From assembly GCA_963801355.1 (NCBI GenBank), contig CAWDEM010000008.1:544001-608000 (forward strand): DNA of 64,000 bases, in the 5' to 3' direction. This document shows positions 20,763 through 31,900 of this stretch, piece after piece. The first letter of the stretch is position 1, and every line of letters begins with the position of its first letter. The DNA is from Ignavibacteriota bacterium (GTDB taxonomy: Bacteria > Bacteroidota > Ignavibacteria > UBA10030 > UBA6906). A program made the position numbers and the translations under genes. Below the pieces are notes generated by a model. That model had not been told where the DNA came from and made no database searches. It saw nothing but the letters and a program-made list of their open reading frames with translations.

Positions 20763-21170
20763 TCACTTGGCGCCGATTGCGGCTCCGGTCTTTTCAGTGT
20801 CTACAGCGCTGACCTGCAGAAATGCAGTGTAGCTCCCGCCCGCTGCCATCGCATTTCCCGAAATAATATTGACGCCCGCTTTCGCAATGGCCTGGAAGGT
20901 CTTGACGAGGGCACCGGTCTTGTCGGTACCCTTCAGGATGAAGCCGGTCCCCTCCTGAACTGCCAATCCGGCGGACTTCGCGAAAGTCCGGAACTTGTCC
21001 GGATTCTTCGGGATGCAGACAACTTCCGCCTCTCCAGTCTGCGTGCCATATCCCCAGAGTCCCGCGAGGCCGATATTCTTCGACTTCAGGAGCTGCGTAA
21101 ACGCGAGGATCGCCCCGGGCTTGTCCTCGAGCTTCGCTTTGAAGTATGCCACACGCTTTGGTGCTGCCAT
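20763..21170 (-). CDS. Small ACT-domain protein
   Basis: LEDKPGAIL and GTDKTGALV...IAKAGVNI form tandem ACT-like motifs. GGAGGA RBS. Confidence 0.82.
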   Translation of the reverse strand: MAAPKRVAYFKAKLEDKPGAILAFTQLLKSKNIGLAGLWGYGTQTGEAEVVCIPKNPDKFRTFAKSAGLAVQEGTGFILKGTDKTGALVKTFQAIAKAGVNIISGNAMAAGGSYTAFLQVSAVDTEKTGAAIGAK

Positions 21171-21222
21171 AGTGTCCTCCTCGTGTTGTGGTGTCTGTTT
21201 GTGGTTGGAATCCCGCCGGCGC

Positions 21223-21252
21223 AAATTAACATCTCTCCCGGGCGAATGTCAA
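21223..21252 (-). promoter_or_regulatory. Putative sigma70 promoter for the ACT gene
   Basis: TTGACA-18 nt-TAATTT with a TG extension. Confidence 0.5.
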
Positions 21253-21324
21253 GCCTGTCCGCAAATACCAGGCAAAATACTTGTCGAAATATAACCCCGA
21301 AAACCCCTCCCCATAAGCGGATCG

Positions 21325-22899
21325 TTACGGCATGACCCTGTACAGAACCGATCGCGGCGACAGAACTGTAATCAGCGTGCGCAGCCCTTCGTGCTTCTTC
21401 TGCCCGTCGAGAAGGTCTTCAAGTTCCGGACGCGTGGCGACCTCATAATAACCGATGTAGAGGTAATCAACAGTGCTCTTGCGGAGGGCCGAGACGAGCT
21501 CCGTCTCACTCGTGACGTACGGAAAAGGAGTGTACTTCAAATTGAGATAGTATGCTATCTGAGGCTTTCTTGCCGAGATGCTTGTTCCCCGCGGCGAGTC
21601 GTCCGCAAGCCCGGCGAACGCATCCCTCACTTGAAGAATCTCCACCGGCTCCGAGGCAATGTCGAGCCTTGCCAGATTCACGCTCTGCAGACACGCCCAG
21701 GCCGCCAGGCCAAGCGCGACGGCCCGGGTGGCATACCGGTACCAGCGTTCGGGAATCCGCTGCATACCTCTCCACTGGAGAGCACGAACACATAACAGGA
21801 CTACAAAGGGCACAAGGAAGAGTGAGAAACGCACGGTGTAGAACACCGGAACCAGGACAAGGAAAGAGAGCACCGCGAAGAGGATGACCACCGCCTGTTG
21901 ACGTGCAAGACCGCTTCGCAGCATGGTGAAGCCGCCCACCGCCGCGCCCAGTCCGACAGGCCACGGGACTAGCTGCGTGAGATCGCTCCATGCGTGGGTG
22001 ATGAAATTCATCGCGACGTGTGTGGTGAAATTCCAAGGATCGTATGCCACGACATCTGCATATGATCGGAAATGCGGCGCAATGACGGTCCAGTAGTCAT
22101 CCCACCGGATACGGCCCCGCGCGTAGATCTCGTATGCCACATTGAGGAAGTTGTCATTGTACACGAATCTCCCGGTCTCCTGATAGGTGTAGAGACTGAA
22201 TGGGAGGATCGTGATCGCTGCACCGCCCAGGAAGGTGACAGCAGAGCTGATCCGTTGCTTCCAGGGCTGCGATGAATCGCAAAGCCAGAGGATGCTTGCC
22301 ACCGCGGCCACGAGGATTGCAACGCCGTTGTACCGCGTGAGATACGTGCATCCCGCGAGCAGACCGGCCAGGAGCAGCATCCATTTCCGGTGTGGTGCAC
22401 TATAGACGATCAGGTACAGGACTGACAGGGCAAGCATGACATAGAACATATCGGTGCTTGCTGTATAGCTCAGCGAGAAGAATGTGGGGATGACGGCGGT
22501 TCCCAGCGACACGAGGAGGGCGGTTTCGGCACCGAACGTTTTCCTTACAACCGCGTACAGAAAAAGAAGGGAGATCGCCGCGCTGAACACCGAGAGGAGC
22601 ATGCCCCCCTTGAAGAACTCCCCGGCAACCAGGCGCGACACTGCGAGGGCAATTTCGTACCCTGGTCCCCGGAATGCATCGAGAACGAGGTTGCCTGCGA
22701 GGAGCTCTTTGGCGATCGGCACAAACGTCCAATAGAAGTCCGTCTCGACATTCATATTGCCGATCGAGCGAAAATGGAGAACCACTACAGACAGCACTCC
22801 CACGTACAATCCCCAGAGCAGAAAAGGGATCCACCTCGGTGCTCCCCTTTCCGGGAGCAGTGAAGCGGAGGTGGATAGAGCCGGCCCTTCAGGCATCAT
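21325..22899 (-). CDS. Glycosyltransferase family 39 (ArnT/PMT-like, GT-C) membrane protein
   Basis: VETDFY acidic loop, FRGPGYE, STDMFY and YLTRYNG, with more than 10 TMs. Start uncertain. Confidence 0.8.
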   Translation of the reverse strand: MMPEGPALSTSASLLPERGAPRWIPFLLWGLYVGVLSVVVLHFRSIGNMNVETDFYWTFVPIAKELLAGNLVLDAFRGPGYEIALAVSRLVAGEFFKGGMLLSVFSAAISLLFLYAVVRKTFGAETALLVSLGTAVIPTFFSLSYTASTDMFYVMLALSVLYLIVYSAPHRKWMLLLAGLLAGCTYLTRYNGVAILVAAVASILWLCDSSQPWKQRISSAVTFLGGAAITILPFSLYTYQETGRFVYNDNFLNVAYEIYARGRIRWDDYWTVIAPHFRSYADVVAYDPWNFTTHVAMNFITHAWSDLTQLVPWPVGLGAAVGGFTMLRSGLARQQAVVILFAVLSFLVLVPVFYTVRFSLFLVPFVVLLCVRALQWRGMQRIPERWYRYATRAVALGLAAWACLQSVNLARLDIASEPVEILQVRDAFAGLADDSPRGTSISARKPQIAYYLNLKYTPFPYVTSETELVSALRKSTVDYLYIGYYEVATRPELEDLLDGQKKHEGLRTLITVLSPRSVLYRVMP

Positions 22900-23100
22900 A
22901 GTGTCACGTCCTCTTCCAGAAGTCACCCGAGTCGAATGAGAAGCCCACGAATTCTTTTCCCCATTGCTTCGCAAACCGTGTCGGCTGCAGGATGCACGCA
23001 GCCCGAATCAGACATCGAAACAGCATCATCGAATAGAGTTAACCTCTTATTCTTATGATGGTTCATCTTATGAAAGTGAAGAATATACTCGATCTAATTC

Positions 23101-25095
23101 TCATTTGACTCGCAGCACGAACTCGTTCTTCTGTGCCGTTTGCTTCATCGTCAAGACCATTCGCCAGAGCCTTTTTCCCCACGATGACTGAAGCTGGGGA
23201 TCACGGATTTCGATCTCCTCGGTGTGAAGGGTGAACAGCGCCGGGTCAAAGATTACCTCAGCAGCCTTTCCCGGGGCGCCGTGTGATGGGACCGGCAAAA
23301 CAACAACTCCGGGCGCGGAAGTGACCGGAGCACGGCAGGTCATCAGACTCAAAGCTATTCCACCGGTCACGGCATCCAGTTCGTACGAATCCCTCACGGT
23401 GACCTCCTTCCCCCTTTCCAGAGTGAGGGTTCGGTGCCAGGACCGGACGCGGGCTTCGGGCGGATACGCACCGGCAATATCCATCGACAGTGAGGCCATA
23501 GCATCGGTTCGCTGATAAGCAACTTCGCGTGCCGCGAATGATCTTCCATCCTTCTGAGGGACTCCGTTAATTGTAGGGAGGTTATGGTAACCGGACTGCA
23601 TGGTCCAGATCGCATAGCGGTCAGGGCTGAAGGTCTTTGCGGTATAGGTCTCCACACCCACGTCGATAAGCACCGGCTCGCCGTCCTTGTACACGATGAA
23701 ATTGCCGACATCGTTGTGATTATGGCTCTCTTCATTGTGCCCTCCCTGCGCGGCAAGATAGAGTCCTTCCGCTGACCCTGCCGAGGAGCGTGCGGTCATC
23801 ACCTGGATCCCCGCAAACCAGACGTCGCGGATAGCAGGTTCTGAACCTTCACTCTTCAGCAGTTCGTCCAGAACAAGGAGTCCGGGCAACACGCGCCCGA
23901 GCACGCCAAACTGCCCTGGCAGCATTCCTTTCCCCAGCTGTTGATCGTGGGCAAGTCTGGCGCCGAACGCCATCATCGGCACGTCACCTATTGCTTTCCC
24001 GTAGCGATAAACAGTCGGAGCATCCGGGCGAAGCCTCGCCGGGGCGTCCGCAAAGTTCACGAACCATGCTCCGCTTATATGGGCGCGCGTGATGAACCTG
24101 CCGATCTCTTTGATCCGGGGATGAGTGTATTCATCGATTTTTCCGCGCGAGGCGGAATGCAGGAGCTCCAGGCAGTCAAAGAGGGATGCACCGGCTCTCC
24201 CCCAGTACGACGCCCCTTCATCGCAACCTCCATCATCGGTGTACTCTGCGAGGAACCGGTCGAGACACTCGAGTATCTTGTATACCGAGCGCGCCCGGCG
24301 TCCGGTATCCTGCTCAAGGACGAGTAGTGCCGCGAGCCAGTTCGAGCAAATCCAGGGGGTCCAGTTGTTCACCCTGCGTGTGAGGCCCATCCACCAGAAA
24401 TCGTTCCGTTCAAGGTTCACCGAGATGATACGCCGGTCCACCTCGTGCTTGATTCTCTCGCACACCAATGGAGAGACCCGGTCGAGCGAGTCTTTCAAGA
24501 GGTAGTAGGTCCACGCAAGCAGTGATCCGGTCTCTGCGGAAAACAGGTCGACGGTCGGTTCCGTAACATCCGGGAGGCCGGCTCCTCTCCGCTGGAGTGC
24601 CACATGCGCCGGCACGCCCCAGTAGGTTTCTTCACAGATGATCCAGATACCGTTGACGATGTCATCCAGAAACCTTCCCCTTCCCTCCGCACATTCAGCG
24701 ATCACCAGTGTGGCAAGTCGTTCTCTCCGGCTGTACGAGAGGGACTGAAAGTGACTTCTGTTCCCCGTCCGCACGAATTCGAGGAAATCGGTCGCCTTGA
24801 GGGTGGGCCAATCGCAGTGCAGGAGTTGTTCCGCCTCGCGTCTGTACGCCTCCCTGACCCCGGACGGGAGAGAGAGCCATCTGTCGCGATCCATGACATG
24901 CGGGTAGGGGTGCCACTCGGAAGGAGACAGGATGAAGGAGCTGATCTGCCCGACGGTCAGGGAGCGGGTCAGGATGTCAGCACCGACGCCGGCTGTGGCT
25001 GTGCGTGCCGCAAGAAGCAACAGGAGCGCAACACTCATGTACGTTCTTGCCACGGGGCTGCGTGGATGGTACACTCTGGTCGTCGACGGTGACAT
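23101..25095 (-). CDS. Heparinase II/III family polysaccharide lyase-like protein
   Basis: CEETYWGVPAH, NNWTPW, DGGCDEGASYW, VNFAD, GGHNEESHNHNDVG, DVGVETYT and SGYHNLP. Signal peptide; AAGGAAG RBS. Confidence 0.88.
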   Translation of the reverse strand: MSPSTTRVYHPRSPVARTYMSVALLLLLAARTATAGVGADILTRSLTVGQISSFILSPSEWHPYPHVMDRDRWLSLPSGVREAYRREAEQLLHCDWPTLKATDFLEFVRTGNRSHFQSLSYSRRERLATLVIAECAEGRGRFLDDIVNGIWIICEETYWGVPAHVALQRRGAGLPDVTEPTVDLFSAETGSLLAWTYYLLKDSLDRVSPLVCERIKHEVDRRIISVNLERNDFWWMGLTRRVNNWTPWICSNWLAALLVLEQDTGRRARSVYKILECLDRFLAEYTDDGGCDEGASYWGRAGASLFDCLELLHSASRGKIDEYTHPRIKEIGRFITRAHISGAWFVNFADAPARLRPDAPTVYRYGKAIGDVPMMAFGARLAHDQQLGKGMLPGQFGVLGRVLPGLLVLDELLKSEGSEPAIRDVWFAGIQVMTARSSAGSAEGLYLAAQGGHNEESHNHNDVGNFIVYKDGEPVLIDVGVETYTAKTFSPDRYAIWTMQSGYHNLPTINGVPQKDGRSFAAREVAYQRTDAMASLSMDIAGAYPPEARVRSWHRTLTLERGKEVTVRDSYELDAVTGGIALSLMTCRAPVTSAPGVVVLPVPSHGAPGKAAEVIFDPALFTLHTEEIEIRDPQLQSSWGKRLWRMVLTMKQTAQKNEFVLRVK

Positions 25096-25140
25096 GACCT
25101 TCCTTGAATAGTCTTATGTGGTGTTTTCTCTCGCCGACAT

Positions 25141-26682
25141 CTATCGTAGCAGTGGTGTCGACGCATCTCTCAGATCGATGTACAGTACCGTTCCCTTTCC
25201 CTTCCCGGAATCGCTTGAACCCTCTTGAACCTGAGGGGGCCCGCCTCCCCGCATCGTGAGCGTAGTGTCGCGGAACCACAACCGCACCGCCCGGCTGCCT
25301 CCCAGGGCGTCGGGAGGGACGCCGTCGACGATGATAGTGGTTCCGGGCGACAGCCGGCCTTGACGGGCCGCAAGGCTGTCATGGATTGCTTCCACTGCTG
25401 CAGCCCTTTTGATCAGGTGGAAATAGCCATCATTGATCATCATCTGTCGCAATCCGAGCGAAAACATGCGTTCCACGTAGAGTGTGTTGGCAATAGCAAT
25501 GGCCGCCAATGCGAGGCCCGCCACGACGGCAACCCGCTTTTGAGCAAGCGGTGCTGTGATTTCTATAAGCATGATTGCCACCAGCAGAGATGTCGGGACG
25601 AGCGCATGGACTGCGTAGTATCGAGCCGATTGGTTCTTCAAGAGGAGTACCGGAGCGAGTGCCAGCAGGACCCAGCCGAGGAGAAACATCACGCGCAAGA
25701 GCGGAACCTTTCCTGGCGTGTGGTAGCGGGAGATTCCCCAGCCACAAAGCACCAGGAGTATCACCACAATGACAGGGCCAGCGGGTACGTGCGATTCCAA
25801 CACAGGGGCGAAGGCGGAGGCAATCCACTGTGCATACGCGGAGGCATGTCCGGCGACTGTCGACCAAGAGGCCTCCATGGCGTGGCCGGAGTCCCGCGGT
25901 GCCGCGAACGGTGAGGGGCCAAGGAGCTTTACGCAAGCATAGAGCACCGTGACAGCGGCATGATAGGCAAGGTCCCTCGCAGGGCGCTTCACCAGCAGAG
26001 TCCAGCAGACGAAGAGCAACGGGAGAAAAGCTGCCGCTTCCTTCATCAGCAGCGCGAAGAGCATCAGTGCTGCAGAGCTCTTCATGTGGCCATGCATGAA
26101 GAGTGCCAGGCTCAATAATCCGAACGTCATCGCACCGACGTCGTAGATACCCACGAGCCAGAGAAAGCAGTCAAGATGGAGAGACACAAGCGCAATAAAG
26201 ATCCCGCCGGCCACGATGCCGACGATTCTTTTCCCGGTGATCAGCGTGCCGATCCACGCAACGAGTGTCCCGTTCACTGCATGCAGGAACAGCGCGACAC
26301 TATGGAACCCGAGAGGATTGAGGCCGAACACTCCGTAGATCGCGGCGAAGTACAGCCATGCGAACGGCCGGTAGACAAGGGCAACTCCGGGATCGAAGTG
26401 ACGCAGGAGGGTGTTGAGGGTGCCCGAAGTTGCGAGTTCGTCAAGGACGAGCCAGTCGTCGTACACGAAGCTGGTGAGAAGCGTGCGCCAGTAGAGGGCA
26501 ACGGTAAGGAGAAGGAATCCGCATACGACGATCAGCAGGCCGGGCATGGACCATGGTGATTCCCCTGCGCTGCCGGAGCGCATCGACTGCTCATCCTTCA
26601 TCGGGAGTGGAGTGGGTTCGTCATACATATCGAAGAAGTTGATCGTCGCGTTCAGCGTGTGGAGCCATGTAGAGCGCGACAC
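25141..26682 (-). CDS. GT-C-like multi-pass membrane protein (putative glycosyltransferase)
   Basis: FVYDDW, YRP, GFHSVALFLH and LLMKEAA, with many TMs. The true start may be 26601 or later. Confidence 0.7.
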   Translation of the reverse strand: MSRSTWLHTLNATINFFDMYDEPTPLPMKDEQSMRSGSAGESPWSMPGLLIVVCGFLLLTVALYWRTLLTSFVYDDWLVLDELATSGTLNTLLRHFDPGVALVYRPFAWLYFAAIYGVFGLNPLGFHSVALFLHAVNGTLVAWIGTLITGKRIVGIVAGGIFIALVSLHLDCFLWLVGIYDVGAMTFGLLSLALFMHGHMKSSAALMLFALLMKEAAAFLPLLFVCWTLLVKRPARDLAYHAAVTVLYACVKLLGPSPFAAPRDSGHAMEASWSTVAGHASAYAQWIASAFAPVLESHVPAGPVIVVILLVLCGWGISRYHTPGKVPLLRVMFLLGWVLLALAPVLLLKNQSARYYAVHALVPTSLLVAIMLIEITAPLAQKRVAVVAGLALAAIAIANTLYVERMFSLGLRQMMINDGYFHLIKRAAAVEAIHDSLAARQGRLSPGTTIIVDGVPPDALGGSRAVRLWFRDTTLTMRGGGPPQVQEGSSDSGKGKGTVLYIDLRDASTPLLR

Positions 26683-26694
26683 ATGAAGAAATTC

Positions 26695-28839
26695 CTAACG
26701 GATGATGATCAACTTCTCATATGACGTCTCACCCTTAGCGTACCCCTTGCCTGTGACGGGATCAGTATAGTCCGCCGTGACGGTGAAATGCACGATGTAG
26801 ACCCCGCTCACCACCACCTGCCGGGAGGAGGAAAGTGAGTTCCACGTCTCGTCGCCGCTGCCGTTTTCGTGTTCAATCTGGTTGATCAGATCCCCATTGT
26901 CCGAATAAATCCTGATCGTGCAGTGTCCGGGGATGTTCAGGAACATGATTTTGTCCGGTTCGCCGGGATACTGCATGCCGGGAGAAGCGATGTTGTACGG
27001 GTTTGGCACAATGCGGATCGACGACAGGGCCTCTCCGGCCTTCCGCCGCAAATACGCGGGCTGGTTGGTTCGCGTGTAGAACCGATTGCTCACGAGTTGT
27101 CCGGTCGGATTCGGTCCTCCGGTGGCATTGTCGCTGCCGTCAGTGAATGCACTGACGTAGTAGTAGTACGAGACGCCCCGCTGGGCTGTGATGTCGTCGA
27201 ACGATGTGTTGCCCGGACCAAGACTGGCAATCTCCTGGAATGTTGTATCGGTTTTCCCGGTCGCGCGGAACACTTTGTATCCGCCGAATGCGGGATTCTT
27301 CTCGGAGGCACTTGGGACCCAGGAGAGGCTGATGCGATCGCCGCCGGAGGTCACCGAGAACTGTGCCGGCGGCAACGGCGCCGCCGGAATCCGGTAGCCG
27401 AGGTCATAGTTGCGTTTCGCACGGCTGAATGTCGACATGATTGAATCCCTGCCGGTGTAGACCCATGCGTCCTTGAATGCATCCTTGTCCTGGGTCGTTG
27501 TGCCGTTGGGCAGGGTGAAAGGACCCTTGAACGTTGGATCGTCGAACGCTTTCTTCCAGAGTCCGCCCACCTCGTAACATCTCGCACGGTTCAATCCCGA
27601 CACTCCCTCCGCCATGACGATCACCACGCTGTCGCCCGGGGCCAGATCGTACGGTCCGAAATTCATCCAGAGGTTTGTCCCGCCGCCGTCGCCGTGGACA
27701 TTCCAGGGGTCGGGTTTTGTGGCCATGTACTTCTCATCCATGCGTTCGCTGGCACTTCCCAGCCCCTTGTACGGCATTCCGCTCAACATTTTGTACATGT
27801 CGACATGGAGCGGCAGCGTACCGTACGTCATGTCGCCAAGGGCCGGATACGTATCACCGGCGTGCCAGCCAAGGGTGTTCGGCTGCGCTGGGTCGTCACT
27901 CCTGTCACTTGTGCTTTTGTCCACATGAAGGACGACGATTCCTGCGAACTGCGGGGCGCGAAGCCGGCCGTCTCCGGTCCGGTATGGGCCGCCGATGTTG
28001 TTGAAGGTGTTCACCGCCGATTGGCCCGCCCAGCAGTATCCTGCGCGGAGCCACTGAGGAATCCCGCTGGACTCGGTCAGAACATCACTGGCGTGCTGGA
28101 GGTAGTCTTCGCCGCGCCTGGTCACCCAGGTGTGCTTGCCATAATCCTGGCCGTCGGCAATACTGAAGGCTCCTTCACGGCACACACTGTAGCGGATGCC
28201 GAAACCGAACCGGAACCCCTTCACCGTGGCATTCCGGCTCTGCTGGTTCGTGGCGCTGGTGTAGCCGGTGTTCTTGAAGATGAACTCCTTGATGAAATAG
28301 TTGTCATGCCACTGCTGGCTGAATGCGAGAATGCGACGGGTCATCGTTACGCCCATGGAGGTGTTCACCACATTCGTGACGATACGGTCCGGGATCTGAT
28401 TCGGGTCGAGTTCATCGATTTCCCCCCGGTAGGCGGCGCTGATGTCGGTTCCGTCGACGAACAACAGGGGCAGGTCGATCTTCGCTGTCTGTTTGTTAAC
28501 CATGGGAAACACCGCAATGCCTGCCATCGCCGCCGTGTAGGGAACGCAGTAGTTTTCCCAGGTCTGTGCCTTGCCGTCGATGAAGTCCTGGCATCCGATC
28601 CATTGGCGCTCGATCACAGAATTATCAGTGTAGTTGTAGTCGGCCGGCCACATGAGGCCTTCATAGTAGACATCGTTCCACGCCCGCTCCGATCCGTACG
28701 CGGTGAAGCGGCTCTGGAGCGTTCCGATCCGCACGTACCGTTTCTGAGACTCCGGCACCTGGGCCGATGAGGGAATCATGGAGGAGAGCACGCAGGCTGC
28801 AACGGCGAGTACGAGATAGAACCGATGGATGGAGTACAT
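26695..28839 (-). CDS. Secreted hypothetical protein with an FN3-like domain and a variant T9SS-like C-terminal domain
   Basis: Signal peptide, FN3-like region (ISLSW...GYKVFRA...YYYYVSAF) and C-terminus IRIVPNPY...IMFLNIPGHCTIRIY...SGVYIVH...KLIIIR. Confidence 0.8.
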   Translation of the reverse strand: MYSIHRFYLVLAVAACVLSSMIPSSAQVPESQKRYVRIGTLQSRFTAYGSERAWNDVYYEGLMWPADYNYTDNSVIERQWIGCQDFIDGKAQTWENYCVPYTAAMAGIAVFPMVNKQTAKIDLPLLFVDGTDISAAYRGEIDELDPNQIPDRIVTNVVNTSMGVTMTRRILAFSQQWHDNYFIKEFIFKNTGYTSATNQQSRNATVKGFRFGFGIRYSVCREGAFSIADGQDYGKHTWVTRRGEDYLQHASDVLTESSGIPQWLRAGYCWAGQSAVNTFNNIGGPYRTGDGRLRAPQFAGIVVLHVDKSTSDRSDDPAQPNTLGWHAGDTYPALGDMTYGTLPLHVDMYKMLSGMPYKGLGSASERMDEKYMATKPDPWNVHGDGGGTNLWMNFGPYDLAPGDSVVIVMAEGVSGLNRARCYEVGGLWKKAFDDPTFKGPFTLPNGTTTQDKDAFKDAWVYTGRDSIMSTFSRAKRNYDLGYRIPAAPLPPAQFSVTSGGDRISLSWVPSASEKNPAFGGYKVFRATGKTDTTFQEIASLGPGNTSFDDITAQRGVSYYYYVSAFTDGSDNATGGPNPTGQLVSNRFYTRTNQPAYLRRKAGEALSSIRIVPNPYNIASPGMQYPGEPDKIMFLNIPGHCTIRIYSDNGDLINQIEHENGSGDETWNSLSSSRQVVVSGVYIVHFTVTADYTDPVTGKGYAKGETSYEKLIIIR

Positions 28840-28900
28840 CGTGATTCTCCCTGTGTTCATTTCAAGAAGCCGGCGCAATGGTTCCGGACACGGCACGGTG

Positions 28901-31900
28901 TCAGAAGCTCACTCTGACACCGAATACCCAGTTGCGCGGATTCAGGTACGTCAACGAGGTGATGTTCGGCATGTCGATGTACGACTTCCTGTTCTTGCGC
29001 TCCTGATTTCTGGCGCTGATCGTCGGGTCATTGTTTGGATTCGGTTCGAGCGGATCGTACGCGACATCGTCAGGACGGTACTCGCCGATCCGGTCGTCGC
29101 CTTTCTTGTCACCCTCCATCCAGTCGAAGCAGAGCGATGCAAGATAGTCCTGGTAATCGTACGAATCTGCAAAGCCGGCATAGTTGAGCAATTTGATGTT
29201 GAACAGGTTCTGCACGTCCATGTACAGCTGCACATCAAACCCGTAGAGCACCAGGGTTTTCATGAGGCGCATATCGACGTTAAAGTTGTCGCTCCACTGG
29301 ACGTTGTCGACCACGCCGGGGATCGAATTGGGATTGTAGGTGGCATAGCTTCCGGCCTGCCAGCGGGCGAGAATGTTCAGGCTCCATCCCTCGAGGGGCT
29401 TGATGCCCAGGACTGTCGGACCGAATTCCTGCGGCGAACGGAGCGTGATGTTTGCCCGTGCGTACGGCTGCGGATGCGGTTTGGTCTGGTACGGATTCAG
29501 CTGCAGATACGCGCGCTGCTTGCTCACATCCTGGTAGTAGGACGTAAGATCGAAGTATCCCGACGATTGAACGTCATAGGTGTAGTTGATGAAGCCCCCG
29601 ATCCACGAGCCGGGGACTTTCGTCAGCGTGACTTCAAATCCCCGGATGTCGGCATAATTGTTGCTCGATGCCTCGTAGTAGTGCACGGAGGTGTTGATGT
29701 TCTGATAGTAGATCCAGCCGGGTTGATGGGTCACGTCTTTGTAGTATGCCGCGATGTTCACCAGCAGCTCGTTCATCACATTCTGTTCGAAACCGAGTTC
29801 GTAGGAGATGGTCTTCTCCATCTCCATGTTCGGGTTGCCCAGATACGTCACCAGGCCGTTCGATTCACGCTGCAGCCGGAAACGCATCGACGAGGACGGC
29901 TCGGACACAAAGTGGCCGTAGTTGAAATAGAGCTTCGAATCCTCGGTGATAGGGTGCGAGATCCCGATGCGGGGACTGATATAGGTCTGCGACTGGGACT
30001 TCTCCTTCGGAGCCGCCCGTTCAATCGTATTGCCGAGGCCCTGGCTGAAGAAGAGATCGTACGTGCCGAGGTTCAGATATTCGTTGTTGGGGTTCGAGTA
30101 GTCGAGGCGCACACCAATGTTTGCGATGAACCCCTGAAACTCGAGCTTGTCCTGAATGAACCCGCCAAGCCTGTACGGATACACGTGGTAGATCATGCTC
30201 CGTGTCCAGGTTGACATCGAAGGACTGTACGTCCCCGAGTTGATGTCGAGATCGTCATACGTAAACTGGAAGCCCGCCTTGAATTGATTGTTCATGTCGA
30301 ACTGCGTCGTCAGGTCTGCACGCAAGCTGGTGGTCGAGTTCACACTCTCGTCGCGTCCCAGGTTCATCCATCCGCCGGTGCTCATCACGCCGTCAATTGC
30401 TCCCGTGCTGTAGCCCCAGTAGCCGTACGGAGCCTCATCCACGAAGTATCCGGGCACCGGTTCGTACACTTTCGATGTGTCGCGCAAGGGCGATTGGTGC
30501 ACGCTGTAGCGGCTCTGGTTCCGCTGCACCGCAACCTCATACAGGGTCGTCGGGCTCAGCATGTGGGTCAGCGTCGCGCCAATCGTGTACCGATACACGG
30601 AGCTCGGACTGAAGTAGTCCGGCATGTACAAAATATTCATGCCGGCGGTGCTGCTCAGGAGATCTGCAACCTCCGACTGACTCCGCAGAACATAGCCGGT
30701 CGGCGCTGTTGTCCAGTCGAACGGGGACACGGAGTACTGCTCTCCATAGAGGCCGAGGACGACAAGCTTCATGGTGGGGGTAATGTCGGCAGTGAGCTTC
30801 AGTTGGGTGTGGTTCTCGGTGTAGGCATCTCTCGAGAGCGGGACGACGAACATGTCGCGCTGGTTGAAATGCGAGAGATAGAATCGCAGGTTTCCCAGCT
30901 CTTCGCTGATAAAAGGAAGCGGCCCGCCAACGCCGGCGTCAATGACATAGTCCGGTTTGGTGATATCGCCCGCACGCCGGCGCTGCCACTGCCAGAGTTG
31001 TCGAGCGCCTTCAGGCGTGAGGTCATTCTTCGGGTCTTTGTCCTGCATGGTGGCCAGCGACACCGCGTTCCATCCCTGAAAGTATGGATACTGATGCTGG
31101 GTGTACTGATCCCAGCCACCGTTCTTCGTGCCCACCCAGCACACCGCCTCATCTGTATAGGGGCGGTTGAAATAGGACCCCGGATCGTAGAGCGACATCC
31201 CGAAGTGCTTTGCTGCAGGCGGTCTGTAGCTGACATTGACCATACCGCTGTAGCGGGAGCGGTCCCCTTCCTTCGTAACGATGTTCACCACGCCGGAACG
31301 GACGTTACCGTACTCGGCATTGAAGCCGCCGGTCTGCACCTGCAACTCTTTCGTCGCCGACAAACCAACGGCGGCATAGGGGATATTGGTCCGCTCGTCG
31401 TTGAGAATGTAGCCGTCCACAACAAAGATGGTCTGGTTCGTCCCGCCTCCGCGAATGACGATACCGTCGCTTCCCTGCTCGATTCCTGCCTGCAGCGCGA
31501 GAACCGACGTCACCGTCTGTACGGGCATGGTCTCGACGTTTTTCGACTCGATGTTGAACCGGCTCGCCGAAACGTCCTTCGTCACCACCGGGCGCTGGGC
31601 GGTGACAATAACCTCCCCCGTTTCGATCGTCGTGCTCTTCAGTTGCTGATTGATGGTCGACGTCAGTTCCATCACCACCCTCACGTTTTCCACTCTGGTC
31701 TTCGTATAGCCGACCAGACTGAATTGGACCGTGTACGTACCCGGAGGGACATTGAGAATGGAATAGTAGCCGTCGACATTTGTCGAGGCCCCCATCAACG
31801 TTCCCGTGATGGTAACACCGACCCCGGGAAGCGGTTGGCCGTTTTCCGTATCGGTGACGCGCCCGGCAATCTTGCCGTTGGGTCCGGCAAGGGCGGGCAG

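Noticed and set aside
23040-23075. AT-rich patch with TCTTAT repeated three times upstream of the GT39 gene
   Set aside because: Short, irregularly spaced and consistent with an ordinary AT-rich promoter region.
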